This document shows positions 36,130 through 49,200 of a DNA stretch of 64,000 bases, piece after piece. The notes under the pieces are model-generated. The model made no database searches. It saw only the letters and a list, made by a program, of their open reading frames with translations, and was not told the origin of the DNA. This stretch comes from Takakia lepidozioides. Its lineage: Eukaryota > Plantae > Bryophyta. A program made the translations under genes and the position numbers. Location of the stretch: positions 58,466,001 to 58,530,000 of the forward strand of contig CM060734.1 in NCBI GenBank assembly GCA_030704615.1. The letters run 5' to 3'. The stretch's first letter is position 1. Every line of letters begins with the position of its first letter.

Positions 36130-38275
36130 ACGATTGATCTCATATTATACTGGGACCTATCAGAGGGTACATTGAACACATTGGCCAAGTCTCAAAGCGA
36201 ACGAAAATCATTTGGATGGGCAACCATCCGTCGACCCATTGAACGAATTTCGGATGATCTCATATTACTTTGGGGCCTCTTCCATGGTATATTGAACATA
36301 CTAGCCAAGTCTCAAAACGAACCAAAATCATTTCGATGGCCAACCATCCGTTGAGCCATCGAATGAATTTTGATTGATCTGATATTAGTCTGGGACCTGT
36401 GAGAGGGTGTTTTAAATGTACTGGCAAATTTTGGAAGCAAACAAAAATGATTTGGATGGGCAACCATCCGCTCACCCATTGAATGTATTCTATTGGATCT
36501 GTTATTAATTTGGGACCTGTTGAACTGCGTTTCGCATGCTCATGTATTTTTTTCATTCTGTTTTTTAATGAGGCGTGTAATGTAGCTATATGCAACGTGC
36601 GTGCCAAATTTGGGAGCAATCAAATTTCATTTGGACCCAAAACCACAGTTTTTTGCCCGTTTTGCACTCCAAATTTGATTTGTGTTCAACTTTATGCATT
36701 CCTCATAGAGAGTTCTGCAATAATGAACGAAGAGAACACTTTTTTTTTGGGGCATTTTTGATTGGTCCAAATTTTGGCGGGGTAGTAGTAGTGTGATGTT
36801 TGAAGCCGCAGAACAAAATTGAGCCAAAAACAAAATCGATACGTGCCAGAAACCCCCAATGAAAGGCAGTGCAAACCTATTTATTGGCTTAAAATGAATT
36901 TAAATTCAATTAAATTGTGGAATAGCTTGAGGAGTGAACGCGTCGATGGGGAGGCAAATGATTTATTCGTCTAATGTGTCTCCACACATGTTCCAGCACA
37001 TGGGGGCGAAATAGGGGCTTCAACCACATCCGTTCAATGGGTGCAATAGTTGTGCACGCATTGCAGGATTTCTTTTTCACATTGAACAAAAACCAGATGA
37101 CAAATGAACGCCTCATTGGACAATCGAACGAATTTCGATTGATCTCGTATTACACTGGGACGTATCATAGGGTATATTGAACACACTGGCCAAGTTTCAA
37201 AGTGAACGAAAATCATTTGGATGGGCAACCATCCGTTGGCCCATTGAACAAATTTCGATTGATCTCATATTACTCTGGGGCCTCTTACATGGCACATTGA
37301 ACATAATGGCCAAGTCTAAAAACGAACCAAAATTATTTCGATGGCCAACCATCCGTTGAGCCATCGAATGAATTTCGATTGATCTGATATTAGTCCGGGA
37401 CCTGTGAGAGGGTGTCTCGAACATACTGGCAAAATTTGGAAGCAAACAAAAATATTTTGGATGGGCAACCATCCGTTCACCTTTTGAATGTATTCCGTTG
37501 GATCTGCTATTGCTTTGGGACCTGTTGGACTGTGTTTCCCTTGCTCACGATTTTTTTTTCATTCCGTTTTTGAATGAGGCATGTATTTGTAGCCATATGT
37601 AACGTGCGTGCCAAATTTGGGAACGAACATAACTCATTTGGACCCAAAACCACAGTTTATTCCCTGTTTTGCACTCCAAACTTGATTTGTGTTCAACTTC
37701 ATGCACTCTTCATAGAGAGTTCTGCAATAGTGAGCGAAGAGAACACTTTTTTTGGGGGGCATTTTTGATTGGTCCAAATTTTGGCGGGGGAGTAGCAGTG
37801 GGATGCTTGAAGCCGCAAAACAAAATTGAGCCAAAAACAAAATCGATGCGTGCCAGAAACCCCCAATGAAAGGCAGTGCAAACCTATTTATTGGCTTAAA
37901 ATTAATTTAAATTTAATTACATTATGGAATGGCTTGGTGTCGATGGGGAGGCAAATGCTTTATTCGTCTGTTGTGTCTCCGCATATGTGCTGCACACATG
38001 TTCAAGCACATGGGGGCAAAAAAGGGGCTTCAACCACATCTGTTCAATGGGTGCAATAGTCGTGCACGCATTGGACGATTTCTTTTCGCAATGAACAAAA
38101 ACTAGATGACAACTGAACGCCTCATTGGCCCATCGAACAAATTTCGATTGATCTCATATTACACAGGACCTATCAGAGGGTACATTGAACACACTGGCCA
38201 AGTCTCAAAGCGAACGAAAATCATTTGGATGGGCAACCATCCGTTGGCCCATTGAACGAATTTCGATTGATCGTC
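36130..38275 (+). repeat. ~1.0-kb tandem duplication built on ~120-bp subunits
   Basis: Unit starts at ~36136, ~37141 and ~38149; subunit aaatcatttggatgggcaaccatccg. Confidence 0.88.
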
Positions 38276-39122
38276 ACAGAAGGCACCTATATTGTCCGTG
38301 AGGGCGATCTAGTGAATGAGATGCTCTTCATTATCTGTGGGCGCCTTGACAGTGTGACGACAAATGGTGGGCGTACTGGCTTTTTCAATTTTGAGACTCT
38401 AGGACTTGGAGACTTTTGTGGTGAAGAGCTACTTACGTGGGCCCTTGATCCCAAGCCCAGTCATCACCTCCCTACCTCTACACGTACCGTGCAGGCATTG
38501 GTGGAGGTTGAAGCCTTTGCGCTATCAGCTGACGATCTTAAGTTTGGGGCCAGTCAGTTTCGGCGCCTTCATAGCAAGCAATTGCAACACACCTTCAGGT
38601 TTGTATCTTTTTGGTCTTCTGGACACCCTACAGTCTGTAAAGCTTTTTCTCCTGATTGTGCATGGCAAGAATCAAGCACATTGCCAGAACAAAAATGACT
38701 GATTCACTAGTTTTTTTGGGTAGTATCCAGGCATTATACATGCATTATCCAAGCATTAATAGTCTCAAAGCAATATGTTAGATGATGAACCAAAAAGCCA
38801 GTTCCTTTGCTTCAGGTACTACTCACACCATTGGCGCACATGGGCGGCATGCTTCATCCAGGCTGCATGGCGCCGATACCAAAGGCGAAGGCTGGCAGAG
38901 CTGCGGCGTAAAGAAGAAGACTATAATTTGCAAGAGGCGATTGCTGCAACAAATCGAGAGGCGAGCAAATCTAGCCTTGGGGCCACTCTCCTGGCTTCCC
39001 GATTTGCCACAAACGCGATGCGAGGGGTCTAGAGGTTACGAAGCATGTATGCAGCTGAAGTGTCGCGCATCTCAAATATTCCAAAGCCCAGAGAGCCCGA
39101 CTTCTCTGTTGACACCGAATAG
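38276..39122 (+). pseudogene. CNGC: Cyclic nucleotide-gated channel 3' fragment (CNBD, IQ motif, C-terminus)
   Basis: REGDLVNEMLFI..GDFCGEELLTWALDP..LQHTFR / YYSHHWRTWAACFIQAAWRR..KPREPDF; GT-AG intron 38599-38815; premature TAG at 39030; 5' end abuts the repeat array. Confidence 0.9.
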
Positions 39123-39789
39123 CAGCACATATCTAATTAAGCAATGAGTCTGTATTATAACAATGCTATAGGGACCTCAAAACAGCTAGCCAGCAGTGTT
39201 AAACTTACAGGAGCTAGAGGGCGGTCTGCTTCTCCAGCAGTATATTCTGGCCTAGCTAGCAAGACATAGTTGCCTTGGTGATTTTGGGTGAGTTCTCAAG
39301 TGGAGAACTAAAAGAAAGACATATTGATTTGGTGAAAGAAAGAGCACAGCTCTGTGACAAGGTACACTTGGGCTGGAGGGTTTGACTGCGGTCATTAACC
39401 TCTAACCTCCCAGCAGCTGTGACAGGGGATGGTTTGAATGCCATGGACAGTGAAGGGGTTCAGCATGGTAAGCATTTTGGTTGTGGTATGGGGCCATGGC
39501 AAAAGCAGGAGTGCTTAGGCTGCTCGCAATACCGAAAATAAGCTGGTGGCAGAGCACATCAACCTCGGCATTGTATTATAGTTTTCACTGTTCAAATCTC
39601 CCTCTCTAGTTTAGGTTATTACCACATTTTGTTATCCCACTCTCATGCTATACGGTCTTGAGATTGTGTGCGATGAAAGCTGTATGTGCTGAGATAAGTA
39701 AAAAAGCACTAGGACTAAATGACTGCACCAAGATGGAGAGAGAGAGACATGTATTCATTGACAGTTCCTTGTGGATGTATTCTTTGATG

Positions 39790-40085
39790 TGTGACAATTG
39801 TGAACTTATCCACAAGGGATTGCTGTATGAGCACAATATCTGGCTGAAATTGAAATTGAAAGGTGGCGTGAATACGAAGGACCTATTTGTGGGTTGTGTT
39901 AGTGCTAACGCAAACAAAGCCTTTGAAGGAGTAGAACTGGACTGTGCTAAGTTCCTCGCCAAAAGGTAAGGTGGTCTTCATGGGTGACTTCAATGCCCGA
40001 GTCGGCAAAGGTCTTTTTCAGGATGATATCATTGGGCCTTTTGGTGAGGATGAGCCGAATTCTAATGGTAGACGGTTACATAGTT
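39790..40085 (+). mobile_element. LINE APE endonuclease remnant
   Basis: IWLKL..LFVGCV; VFMGDFNARVGK..FGEDEPNSNGRRL. Confidence 0.7.
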
Positions 40086-40347
40086 GGAAAAATTGTTTCT
40101 ATGAATCAAGACAGCCCTGATGAACTGGATTATATTTTAAAGACTAAAGTACTGAATTCTGTAACCAATTCATGGAGGTGGTGTGTTTCAATGCAAAATC
40201 TTGGTAGAGAAGTTTTTATTGTGACAAAATCAGACATCCTTACATAAAGATCGCCTACTCAACATATATTAATAAATTGGAATATCGTATTCACACATGA
40301 AAAGGAACTTGGCTAATTGTATTATTTAGCAGTTGGTAGCTATCGTC

Positions 40348-40812
40348 CTATGGACCATTTCCAGTTTCAGAGCACCATGAGACTGGATATTTAGTTTTGC
40401 CATCCGATGGATCCACGTACGGATCTGTACAAATCACACACATGTTTCCAGTTTCAAATAGATAAAATGTATATTGCTGAGTGTCACACTGTATTTTACC
40501 ATATGACTTGGAATCCCAAAGCGGTTGATTTGACCCATCATAAACCACAAGGTTTCCGTCGTCTTGCGCAACCATGTAACAATAGAAACCGTGACCACTA
40601 GTGTTTGAGGCCCATATGGGTGTCATCCCGCCATAATGAGTGTCATACAACACCAAATTACAATCATCTTGCATGACTAAGGTGTAGTGTCCGTTAGAAA
40701 TTGCATATCCTGCTTGCATTATCCAATATCCATCCACTGGACGCATAAAGAGTAATGTCATAACCATTAGAATCATCCCCGTGACTTTGCTCATACCAAC
40801 AAGAGTCTCCAT
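40348..40812 (-). CDS. Secreted bulb-type (GNA-like) mannose-binding lectin
   Basis: Hydrophobic signal peptide; two QxDxNxVxY motifs (QDDCNLVLY, QDDGNLVVY), WASNT, WDS; intact single-exon ORF. Confidence 0.9.
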   Translation of the reverse strand: METLVGMSKVTGMILMVMTLLFMRPVDGYWIMQAGYAISNGHYTLVMQDDCNLVLYDTHYGGMTPIWASNTSGHGFYCYMVAQDDGNLVVYDGSNQPLWDSKSYGKIQCDTQQYTFYLFETGNMCVICTDPYVDPSDGKTKYPVSWCSETGNGP

Positions 40813-41534
40813 ATTTTAAAGTGCTAGTAAGATGTAATCTAACGTCCACTAGACGAGGTCCAATGCACATATGATTGTAGAACTACTAGCTGAGAGCAAA
40901 ACACTTTTGAGTCTTCACAAGGTCTCACAATGTTTATGGTATTTATACCTTGAATTCCATTCTCAAGGCTAGTTTTCTAGTATAATCTAGAACAACAATT
41001 CATGATAGATAATAAATATCAGAATATTTCAGTATCATGTTAGTTTTAGAAGATGCAAATAATAGTACTGTAGGTCAAGAATACTGGTATGGCCAAGAGT
41101 GCGTTAATTTCTTTGATTGCTCTGCACGTATTGTGCATACTAAAATTGGAGGGTCTGTCTAATTTCGACATCTGCAACAACTTTGGTAGGTTTGGCTACC
41201 CAGCTACCCTGACACATGCATGTCGTATCTCTTGAGTCTTGCATTAACTACTCCACGTATAGACAGTCCACCGTCCATGGCACTCTGTGAAAAATAGAAG
41301 CCACAATAATGGCCTTAGATGACCACACACACTAGTTAAGATTCCATTAATACTCATGGAACGATTGGACATTAGTATAACAACGACGCTAGGTTGTGAT
41401 CAATTTTTTTTTTAAATTAAAAAAAAAAAATTATGCCTGGGCGTGGATGTGGCAAAATTTTGTTGAGGTTAAGTGTAGAGGTGGCGACATGTACAATGTC
41501 CACCTGGATCCTACCTGGCTATAGATATGCAATA

Positions 41535-41733
41535 CCGTAGTACCTTGGCAAGATCGACAATCATCTGTTGAATATTTATGTTATTTTGAGAATTTCATTT
41601 CGACATATGGAATATTCCCAAAGATGCCTTATTGTCATTCACGAAGTTATTTAATTTCACAAAATCAGTTTCCAAAATTTTCAACAATATCTGAAATATT
41701 AAAATTTCTGTCGAAATTGCCAAGGTACTACGG
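41535..41733. mobile_element. 199-bp MITE, TA TSD (Tc1/mariner-type)
   Basis: 17-bp TIR CCGTAGTACCTTGGCAA; empty site in copy A at ~21493. Confidence 0.88.
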
Positions 41734-41799
41734 TATATTGTGCAATATGGTGATTTCTTGAACATCAAGAATACTTCCCAGGCGACACAGCCCTTAAAT

Positions 41800-42045
41800 T
41801 TTTCTTATTTTTGTTTTAGGGAAACACTTGGGAGCGACAACTCACAAATCAGGCCCCTCAATTATAATGAGAGGAAAAAAAACCTCTTTCAGAGTAACCT
41901 CGCCCCAAGGGCTTTTGCATGGGACACCGCCCAAGGGAAGTGGGAGAAGAACATACCAGAGCCATCGAGACGTAGCAGGATTTGACCCCATAATCATTTG
42001 GGTGGCACTAAGTGCACTATCCAACAGAGCTACCAACTGTTGGTA
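41800..42045 (-). mobile_element. tRNA-derived SINE (duplicate of 21555-21790)
   Basis: Same A/B boxes and body. Confidence 0.75.
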
Positions 42046-43904
42046 GCCCTTTTGGAAGCAGAAACAGGTGGCGTAATTAACTGGTAGTGAAATCGTAAGT
42101 CATCTAGGCGCAATGGGGCGCCAGCCCTTAGATTTAGGGCGCATTGCTCCCCAGTTCCCAAGCAAAATGTGTGGGGTCCCCGGTGCTTGGCACCAGCTGC
42201 CCAGGGAACCGCCACTTTGGCCCTTTTTTTTTGCATAGGGGTGTCGATCGCGGACCAACTTTTTTTTGGTGCAATCTGGTTTTTCAAAGGTAGGGCTGGT
42301 CGTGAACCTAGGCTTATGCTTAGATAATTTGGTGTGAGCCAGCTAGGCTCACGCTTGCCAGGCGGTGGGATTATGTGGCTCACGCCATATGATCCATGAG
42401 AAATGGTGTATATAGCCGTGGATATGGGCCTCCTATTACCGTGGAACAATGTCATGAATATAAACTAGTGAAATAGTATAGGATGACGGTTAGCCTGCCA
42501 TTTGTAAGCGTCTATGATGATAGGGCACATGCTGTCATATCTTATGTGACATACTTTTTAACTCTAGTATAAAGCATTTGTACATAGATGTCATAGAACA
42601 AACATAGTCTTATATTTCCTCTACTAGTCATATCTTCATTGTTAGCGCAAAGTCTTGCATGCAATAGGACAACATATCTGACATGCTACATTTACAACAT
42701 TGGTTATGCATCTCAACTTTAGTTTAGCTAAACCCAAATGTCTACATTGTTAAATCCCCTCTATGTCAAGGACATGTGAATGTCATAAAGAACATACATC
42801 TCATCCTAAACCATATTACATATTTATTGCAACACTAAAACTAAGGTGATATCAATCTATGAATCAAGACTTTTGTTTTGTTTTGTTTTGTTTTGTCAGG
42901 TTGAGATGTCTCGAACCGCAAGGCCCCAACGTTGGTGCTTGGTACCGTTGGAAAGCCCTCGACGAGTAAAACCTCGTTCTAATATTTGAAGCTCATTCCA
43001 AAAAAATAAAATCAGCCTTGGGTTATGATAAATTTATTGGGATTGTTAACTTATATACCATTGTGGCTGGGATGTTAAATTTGCAATTGTTACCAAGTTC
43101 TTTCATTATTTGTTATATGTTATATCTACCATTTTATTTTCCAATGTATGTCATTCGACTTCGATGTTGACGTTTTATGAATTGAGTTGCATTCACAAAG
43201 TTAAATGATTCATTGTTTTGTAATGCTGTTATTATTTAATTTAATTTAAATACTAAATTCTATTAAGTTTTGTCCGGATTTAAGCCAAAAGTCTGGATTT
43301 AGTTAAAGAGAGAGAAGACTCCGGCCGAAGCCGGCGTAACTAAGAGCCACTTCACCTTGCGGCTACTGCCCTCTTTCGGGGCTGGGCCTTATAAGAGAAA
43401 CATGTGTCCTGTAGGACACCAAAGTAATCGGGGGTATAGAGGTATTTATGGTGTGGAATTAGTTAAAATATTTGAGATGATGAGATGACGGGATCTTATA
43501 CTCTAGAACAAAATGGAGCCTGTGAGTGGGGAACCAGAACTATCGTTGAAATGGTGCCAAGTATGATCTATGTAAGTACTGTTCATTCGCGGATCCGCGA
43601 TGACCGTATATGCTTTAAATCATACGCATATGATACCTGAGAAGACGCCATTTGAGCTTTGGACAAAGTAGAAGCCGTCCATTGCACATATGAGTGTTTG
43701 ATTGCGATGCATACGAGCATGTGCCGAACGATGTGAGCTACGGTGTGAGCCTAGCCTGTGAGCCTGTGAGCCTGTGAGCTAGGTTCACGCTTCCCCACCA
43801 CAACGTGAGCGGAGGGTGGTATTGCAAAGAAAGATGGCCTATAAGACATAATATCGCGGAAAAATCAGATATTTATCTACCTGAGAGAAAGACTGTAGAC
43901 AATG

Positions 43905-45999
43905 AGACTCTTATTTTTTCCTCTATCAGTGCACACACAATGTACAAAACACCGCTGCAGAAGGTAGTGCTATCATGATCGTCAATGATCGTGGTTCCCA
44001 ACACCTACACATACAGTTGGCCTAAGGGGTTTTTTTAAAATAAATAAATAAATATTATTTTAAATTGTTTTTTTAAAGCCTTTGCTGTGTGAGGCCAGAT
44101 CCACGATCAAGGCAAATGGATGGATATAAGGCCAAAAAAGAAAAGAGAAAAACCTTAGCTGCATAAGGCCAAATCCACAATCATTCATGATCGAGGCAAA
44201 TGGACGTATATAAGGTTTTTTTGTTTTGTTTTGTTTTGTTGTTGTTTTTTTTAAGTGAAAGGGGAGGAAGCCTTGATTAGCTTCATTCGAATTATTGAAG
44301 GGGAAATCTTTCTCTTGAGGAGTTAGGTGCATAGATATTAACTAGACCAATAGGTTCTGGGTCATTGGGGAGGCTAAGGGAGCAAAATTGCACCCTGCCT
44401 GGCTCGCAAACTTCATCCTTTACTAGACAGGGTTGAGTTTATGCTATTGTAAGAAAACTATGGCTTCTATAGGGATGATGGGAGACAACAACACTCTTTT
44501 TGCAATTTTGCAACTACCAGGGATCGCAACAAAAATTTCAAAGCACCATGAAATGTGCCCCGATCTGCAACCCCTGGGCGTCGCAAAATAACGACCTCTA
44601 GGCGTCGGGGAAAAAGGAAAAAAAAAAAAAAAAAACCTTTATTATGTAATTGCAACCAATGCTGATCCCAAGACTGACACGTGGCATCATCCACCAAGTG
44701 CCGTCATCTAACTCGTGACAACTAATAGACTAATAGACCATACTGCTATATATATATATATTTGAACTCAAGACCTTTGCGCTATTGCACAGTTAAGTCA
44801 CTGTACATAAACTAGTAAACCCATTAGTACTTCATGCACATTAAGGTGGTTTGATTGTATAATAAACAATAATATATGTAAGATTCTATATCCTATTTTC
44901 ATCGCCGTTTTCATTGTCGTTTTTCACACTCACGTATTTTAACATCACGTTATCAATAATAAATCATATATTTCATATACTATACCTAAACAAACTAACA
45001 ATTCATGAAATAAATAAATAAATATATTTATAATATATTAAATCTAACCTATATATATATATATGTTGCTTAAACAATGTATTGCTACTATAACTCGACG
45101 TTGTAACCAATGTTGGGCAATATTTGATTTCATTCATAACCATCTGTTCCGGTTTTTTCAAAAACTTATAATTAAAGAACCTCCACTTCTAGGTTTTCCA
45201 TATGTATTTTCATGGAAAGAACCTTTAGTTTCGGTTAATAATAAGAATCTCAAAGAACCGGCGGTTTTCATCTAATAACCGGTGGATCTTTCTTGGTTTT
45301 CAGACAAGTTATTTCAAAACTATGTAGCCAACGGGAATGAGCCATTGCTGGTTCTTTGTTTTTATGAGATCCGTGATTATATATCCACAAAATATTCTTG
45401 ATAATCTTTGGGGGTTTATAATTGAATCGAAGAACCTCCCAACATTAGTGGCTCATGTACACTAGTGGTTCATATAAATTCTAGATACCTGCATTATATA
45501 ACATGTTGAGCATCTGCGACCCCCTGGGGTCGCAAAATAATTGTAACGTTTAGAGCATCTGCGACGCTTAGGGGGTCAAAAGGAGTAGCAGGGGTCGCAT
45601 GGGTCACAAAACGTCGCCATACCAACCCTTAAGCGTCGAAAAAATAAAATAAAAATTATTTTATTTATTTCACACCTGTTGCGGCGCTTGGGGGGTTGCA
45701 GGAGTCGCAAAACGTCACCATACCAACCCTTAAGTGTCACAAAAACAAATATATATATATATTCCAAATCAAGGTGTATCATCTTGCGACGGACAAGCGT
45801 CGCATGATGACCATCTGCGACGGCCAACCGTTGCAGATTGCCCTCCTTAGTTTCATTGCAAAATTTTGGCTGCGGGATGCCTCCAACGTCGCCCCCCCGC
45901 CCCCCGACCCTCCCTAAACGCTATAGTGATAGCACTACCTTTTAGGAACGTTGTATTTGTTCATATTTCTGTGTGCAGTTACTGAAAAAGTAAGGGTCT
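43905..45999. mobile_element. Non-autonomous element with ~70-bp imperfect TIRs (Mutator-like)
   Basis: agactcttattttttc..aaggtagtgctatca versus tgatagcactacctt..aaaagtaagggtct; no TSD seen. Confidence 0.55.
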
Positions 46000-46903
46000 T
46001 CCTGTCATAATGTGCACATGTTTACGGAAATGGGCATCTGTCTGCGGTAATAACTGTTAGTCTGCGGTGATGGGCCCGCGAAATCATGTGCCTAAACGTG
46101 AGCTTGCTTAGGCTCACAAGTTCACAAGCTCACGTTCTAGCATTCCCTGACATGAGGACGAAGCTGGATGCAAAGAGCCAGAAAGGAGTACTCATGGGGT
46201 ATAGCCTCACAAATAAGGTCTACAGGGTCTGTTTGAATGATAAGCGTTGTATTGAGGAGAGCCGCAATGTTCTTTTCAATGAGGAAGATATTCTTATCTC
46301 AAGCATTGAACGTGATGCATAGGTAGCCAGCCATGCAACATTCATGATTGAGGATGGTGAGAGCTTGCATGCAAAGCCGGTAGGAGTGGCGTTGGTGCCA
46401 ATGGGAGGCATGTTGTAATTGGGAGCAGTGGAGGACGCGGAGCCAACGCTTGATTAGGGAATCCAAGACTAATTGTCTGGGAGTCATCCCATAAGCACAA
46501 GTGGTTTGCAATCTCCAGTGACCAATCGACCGTTGGAGCCGGTCACAGATGTAGGATCCAGTGACACTCATCCTAGACGAACGGAACGAAGTGAAAAGAG
46601 GTAGCTCCAACACTAGAGCCAGGAGGGCAAAGGCCGCCAATGATGTATGGAGACTGCCTTTATCCAAGACGACACTATGCTTAATTGGCTACAAGTCATG
46701 AAGAGCCGATGTTGCCATAAGAGCCATCCAGTTGCAACGAGGCTGTATGTTGTCATGAAACTGCACAGTGGCAAGAAGCAATGATTGTAGAATATGAGTC
46801 TCCCATGGAAAGTGAGACTTGGGAGTTAGAGCTGTTACCTCCAAGTCGCAAGCGCTTAAGTTGCAAATGGGTATATAAATTAAAGCTTAATGCTGATGGA
46901 GAG

Positions 46904-47561
46904 CCCTATGAGGTCCAAACCCGGAAATGAGGAGGTACGAAGACAAGTATTTGCAAAGGAAGAATTGCATGAAATACCAGTAGTGACCTTGGGGCATGCC
47001 TGCTTTGTGGGGGTTGTCAAGTGAACTTCAGATAGTGGTATTGAGTCCTGAATTTTCCCTTTCCCTTTGGATGTAGTGCCTTGCCCTTGAGAGAGAAAAC
47101 AGATTTCATCTTGCATAGGATCAAGGTTGAAGTGACCCCTTTGTGAAGGAGGGCAGTTGCTGCTTACGGTGGACCAAAAATGTTGTCACAACAGAGTTTT
47201 TGGGATTTGAGCCTTCATAATAACTATTTTCGTAAAGTCTTCCCTGACTAATCAAGATCCCAAAAAAACTGTGTTGTGACAGCATTTTTGGTCCACCGTA
47301 GGCTGCAACTGCCCTCCTTCACAGAGGGGTCACTTCAACCTTGATCCTATGCAAGATGAAATCCGTTTTCTCTCCCAAGGGCAAGGCACTACATCCAAAG
47401 GCAAAGGGAAAATTCAGGACTCAATTCCGCTATCTGAAGTTCACTTGACAACCCCCATAAAGTAGGCATGCCCCAAGGTCACTACTGGTATTTCATGCAA
47501 TTCTTCATTTGCAAATACTTGTCTTCGTACTTCCTCATTTCCGGGTTTGGACCTCATAGGG
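46904..47561. repeat. Long inverted repeat, ~305-bp arms with a ~45-bp loop
   Basis: 46904-47208 is the reverse complement of 47254-47561, with scattered mismatches. Confidence 0.93.
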
Positions 47562-49200
47562 TGTTCAGCTCTAGAAATTATAGAGGCCCCCAGGGCCTCC
47601 TGTGTCACACCTCTCATATTCAGAAGAAGCAAACCTCCATCAATTCTTATAACCTCAGATGACCTCGAGTGTATAGAATCTCTCTGGATCACTACCAAAG
47701 ATATCAAACATTTTCTCCAAACCAACCCTCCTAGCAATAATCCGGATCTACTGTTCAAACACAACATCCAGGAGTTCTTCCGGTTGCTCTTACCTTGTTA
47801 TTTCCTCAACGCAGCCACCAAGATATCGTGGGGGGCTTACTTGGAGGACCACCCGGGTTTGAGTTGTAGGCCCTCGATGCACGTTTTGGCCCTTATGGAG
47901 GATGCTGATATTTACAACTCCCCACCCCTTTTGGGAGCCATTTGGACGTATGAGGAGTGGCTAGAGGCTCCACGTGGTAGCCATAAAGTCCAAATCAGAA
48001 ATCGGGATACTCTAGTCAACGGGTTTCAGCTGCTAGGGGCTTTGATGTTGGAGTCCGAAATTGAAGAAGAGAACCACCGCATGGAGCTGCAAAAAACCAG
48101 GGACTGTTTAAAGGCTGTCGCGGTACCGGACTCATCCTCATCTTCCTCGAAGCTTGGGGGTTCCTCGCCACAGTCAACGGCAGCTGAAGGGGGAATATCG
48201 ATCTCGCTTCCAACGTCAATGAGCTGCACATCTCCCCCCCACAATGATTGACATCAGTCAGCCTCCTACCCGAGAATGCTCAACACCCTTGCCTGTCCCA
48301 CCTGCCCTTCCACATCCATGCAATCAGGTGCCCTCCTCTCCCTCCCCCTGTTTTATATTCTAGGTGAATGCAAGGGATCCCAACAGATGCTGGTTGCTGG
48401 GGGGGAAGAAAAAAAAAACAGCTCGGGTAAGCAATTAAGGCACTTGTTGCCTACTTTTGTTTTACTAGATTCCAGTCCATCTGGCACTCCGCCAACAGAT
48501 GGCTCGCTCGCGCGCCGGTATCCGGCCTTTGCTTCCCTGTTTTCTGCATATTACTTTCCAAAAGATGCTTCAGTTATTAGTGTGGTGATTACGACGGCGT
48601 CTGCTGATCAATTCCTGATCAATTCCAAGTCATTCCTACATTGCCAACACTCGGCTCATTGAGAGCCATTGCTATCCAGATTGCCAGAAAACCACAAAAG
48701 CCCCCAGACAACTTTGTTTGGGTCAACTCCCTCAGACCTAAAGATCGAAGGGTCAAATTTTTCTTTCTATATAACGGGCCATCAAATTCGACAACCAGTC
48801 AAAGCCTATGCGAGGGGGGAAGCTTATACCTTGCGTGGTACTTTTTTCCCTTGGTCATCATCCCGATATTGGTCTTCTTTGCACTTCTACATGAACACAA
48901 AATGGACTAGGTAAAAATAGACAGGTTCAATGACTAATTGTGGCCAATAATATCCTCAGCTCTGTGGAAGACCACCTCGGTGGGGACTGCGATTCTGCTA
49001 GATCTCCCTCCCTTCGTACACTACTTTCCAATGAAGAAGTTTGGCTACCAGGTAGGCTCCAGTTTTGTTCAATCTCGTTGCCCAACAACCAAGGCACCTT
49101 GGGTCTGGTGCATGTTTACGCTCCAAATATCTCCTTGGAAATGGCTAACTTTTGGCAGACCTTGGACTCCAAAAACCAGACTTTGTGCCAAGGGCTACAC
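47250..49200 (+). mobile_element. L1-like LINE 5' remnant (ORF1-like region and endonuclease start)
   Basis: LVHVYAPN..ANFWQTL endonuclease motif at ~49110; 234-aa ORF 47547-48251. Confidence 0.5.

Larger units (their letters stand above)
40876..43906 (+). repeat. Segmental duplication copy B (lectin upstream region)
   Basis: Colinear with 9922-10411 and 21299-26645. Confidence 0.92.

Noticed and set aside
45108-45447. hAT-like MITE (CAATGTTGGG..CCCAACATTA)
   Set aside because: Short imperfect TIR and no 8-bp TSD
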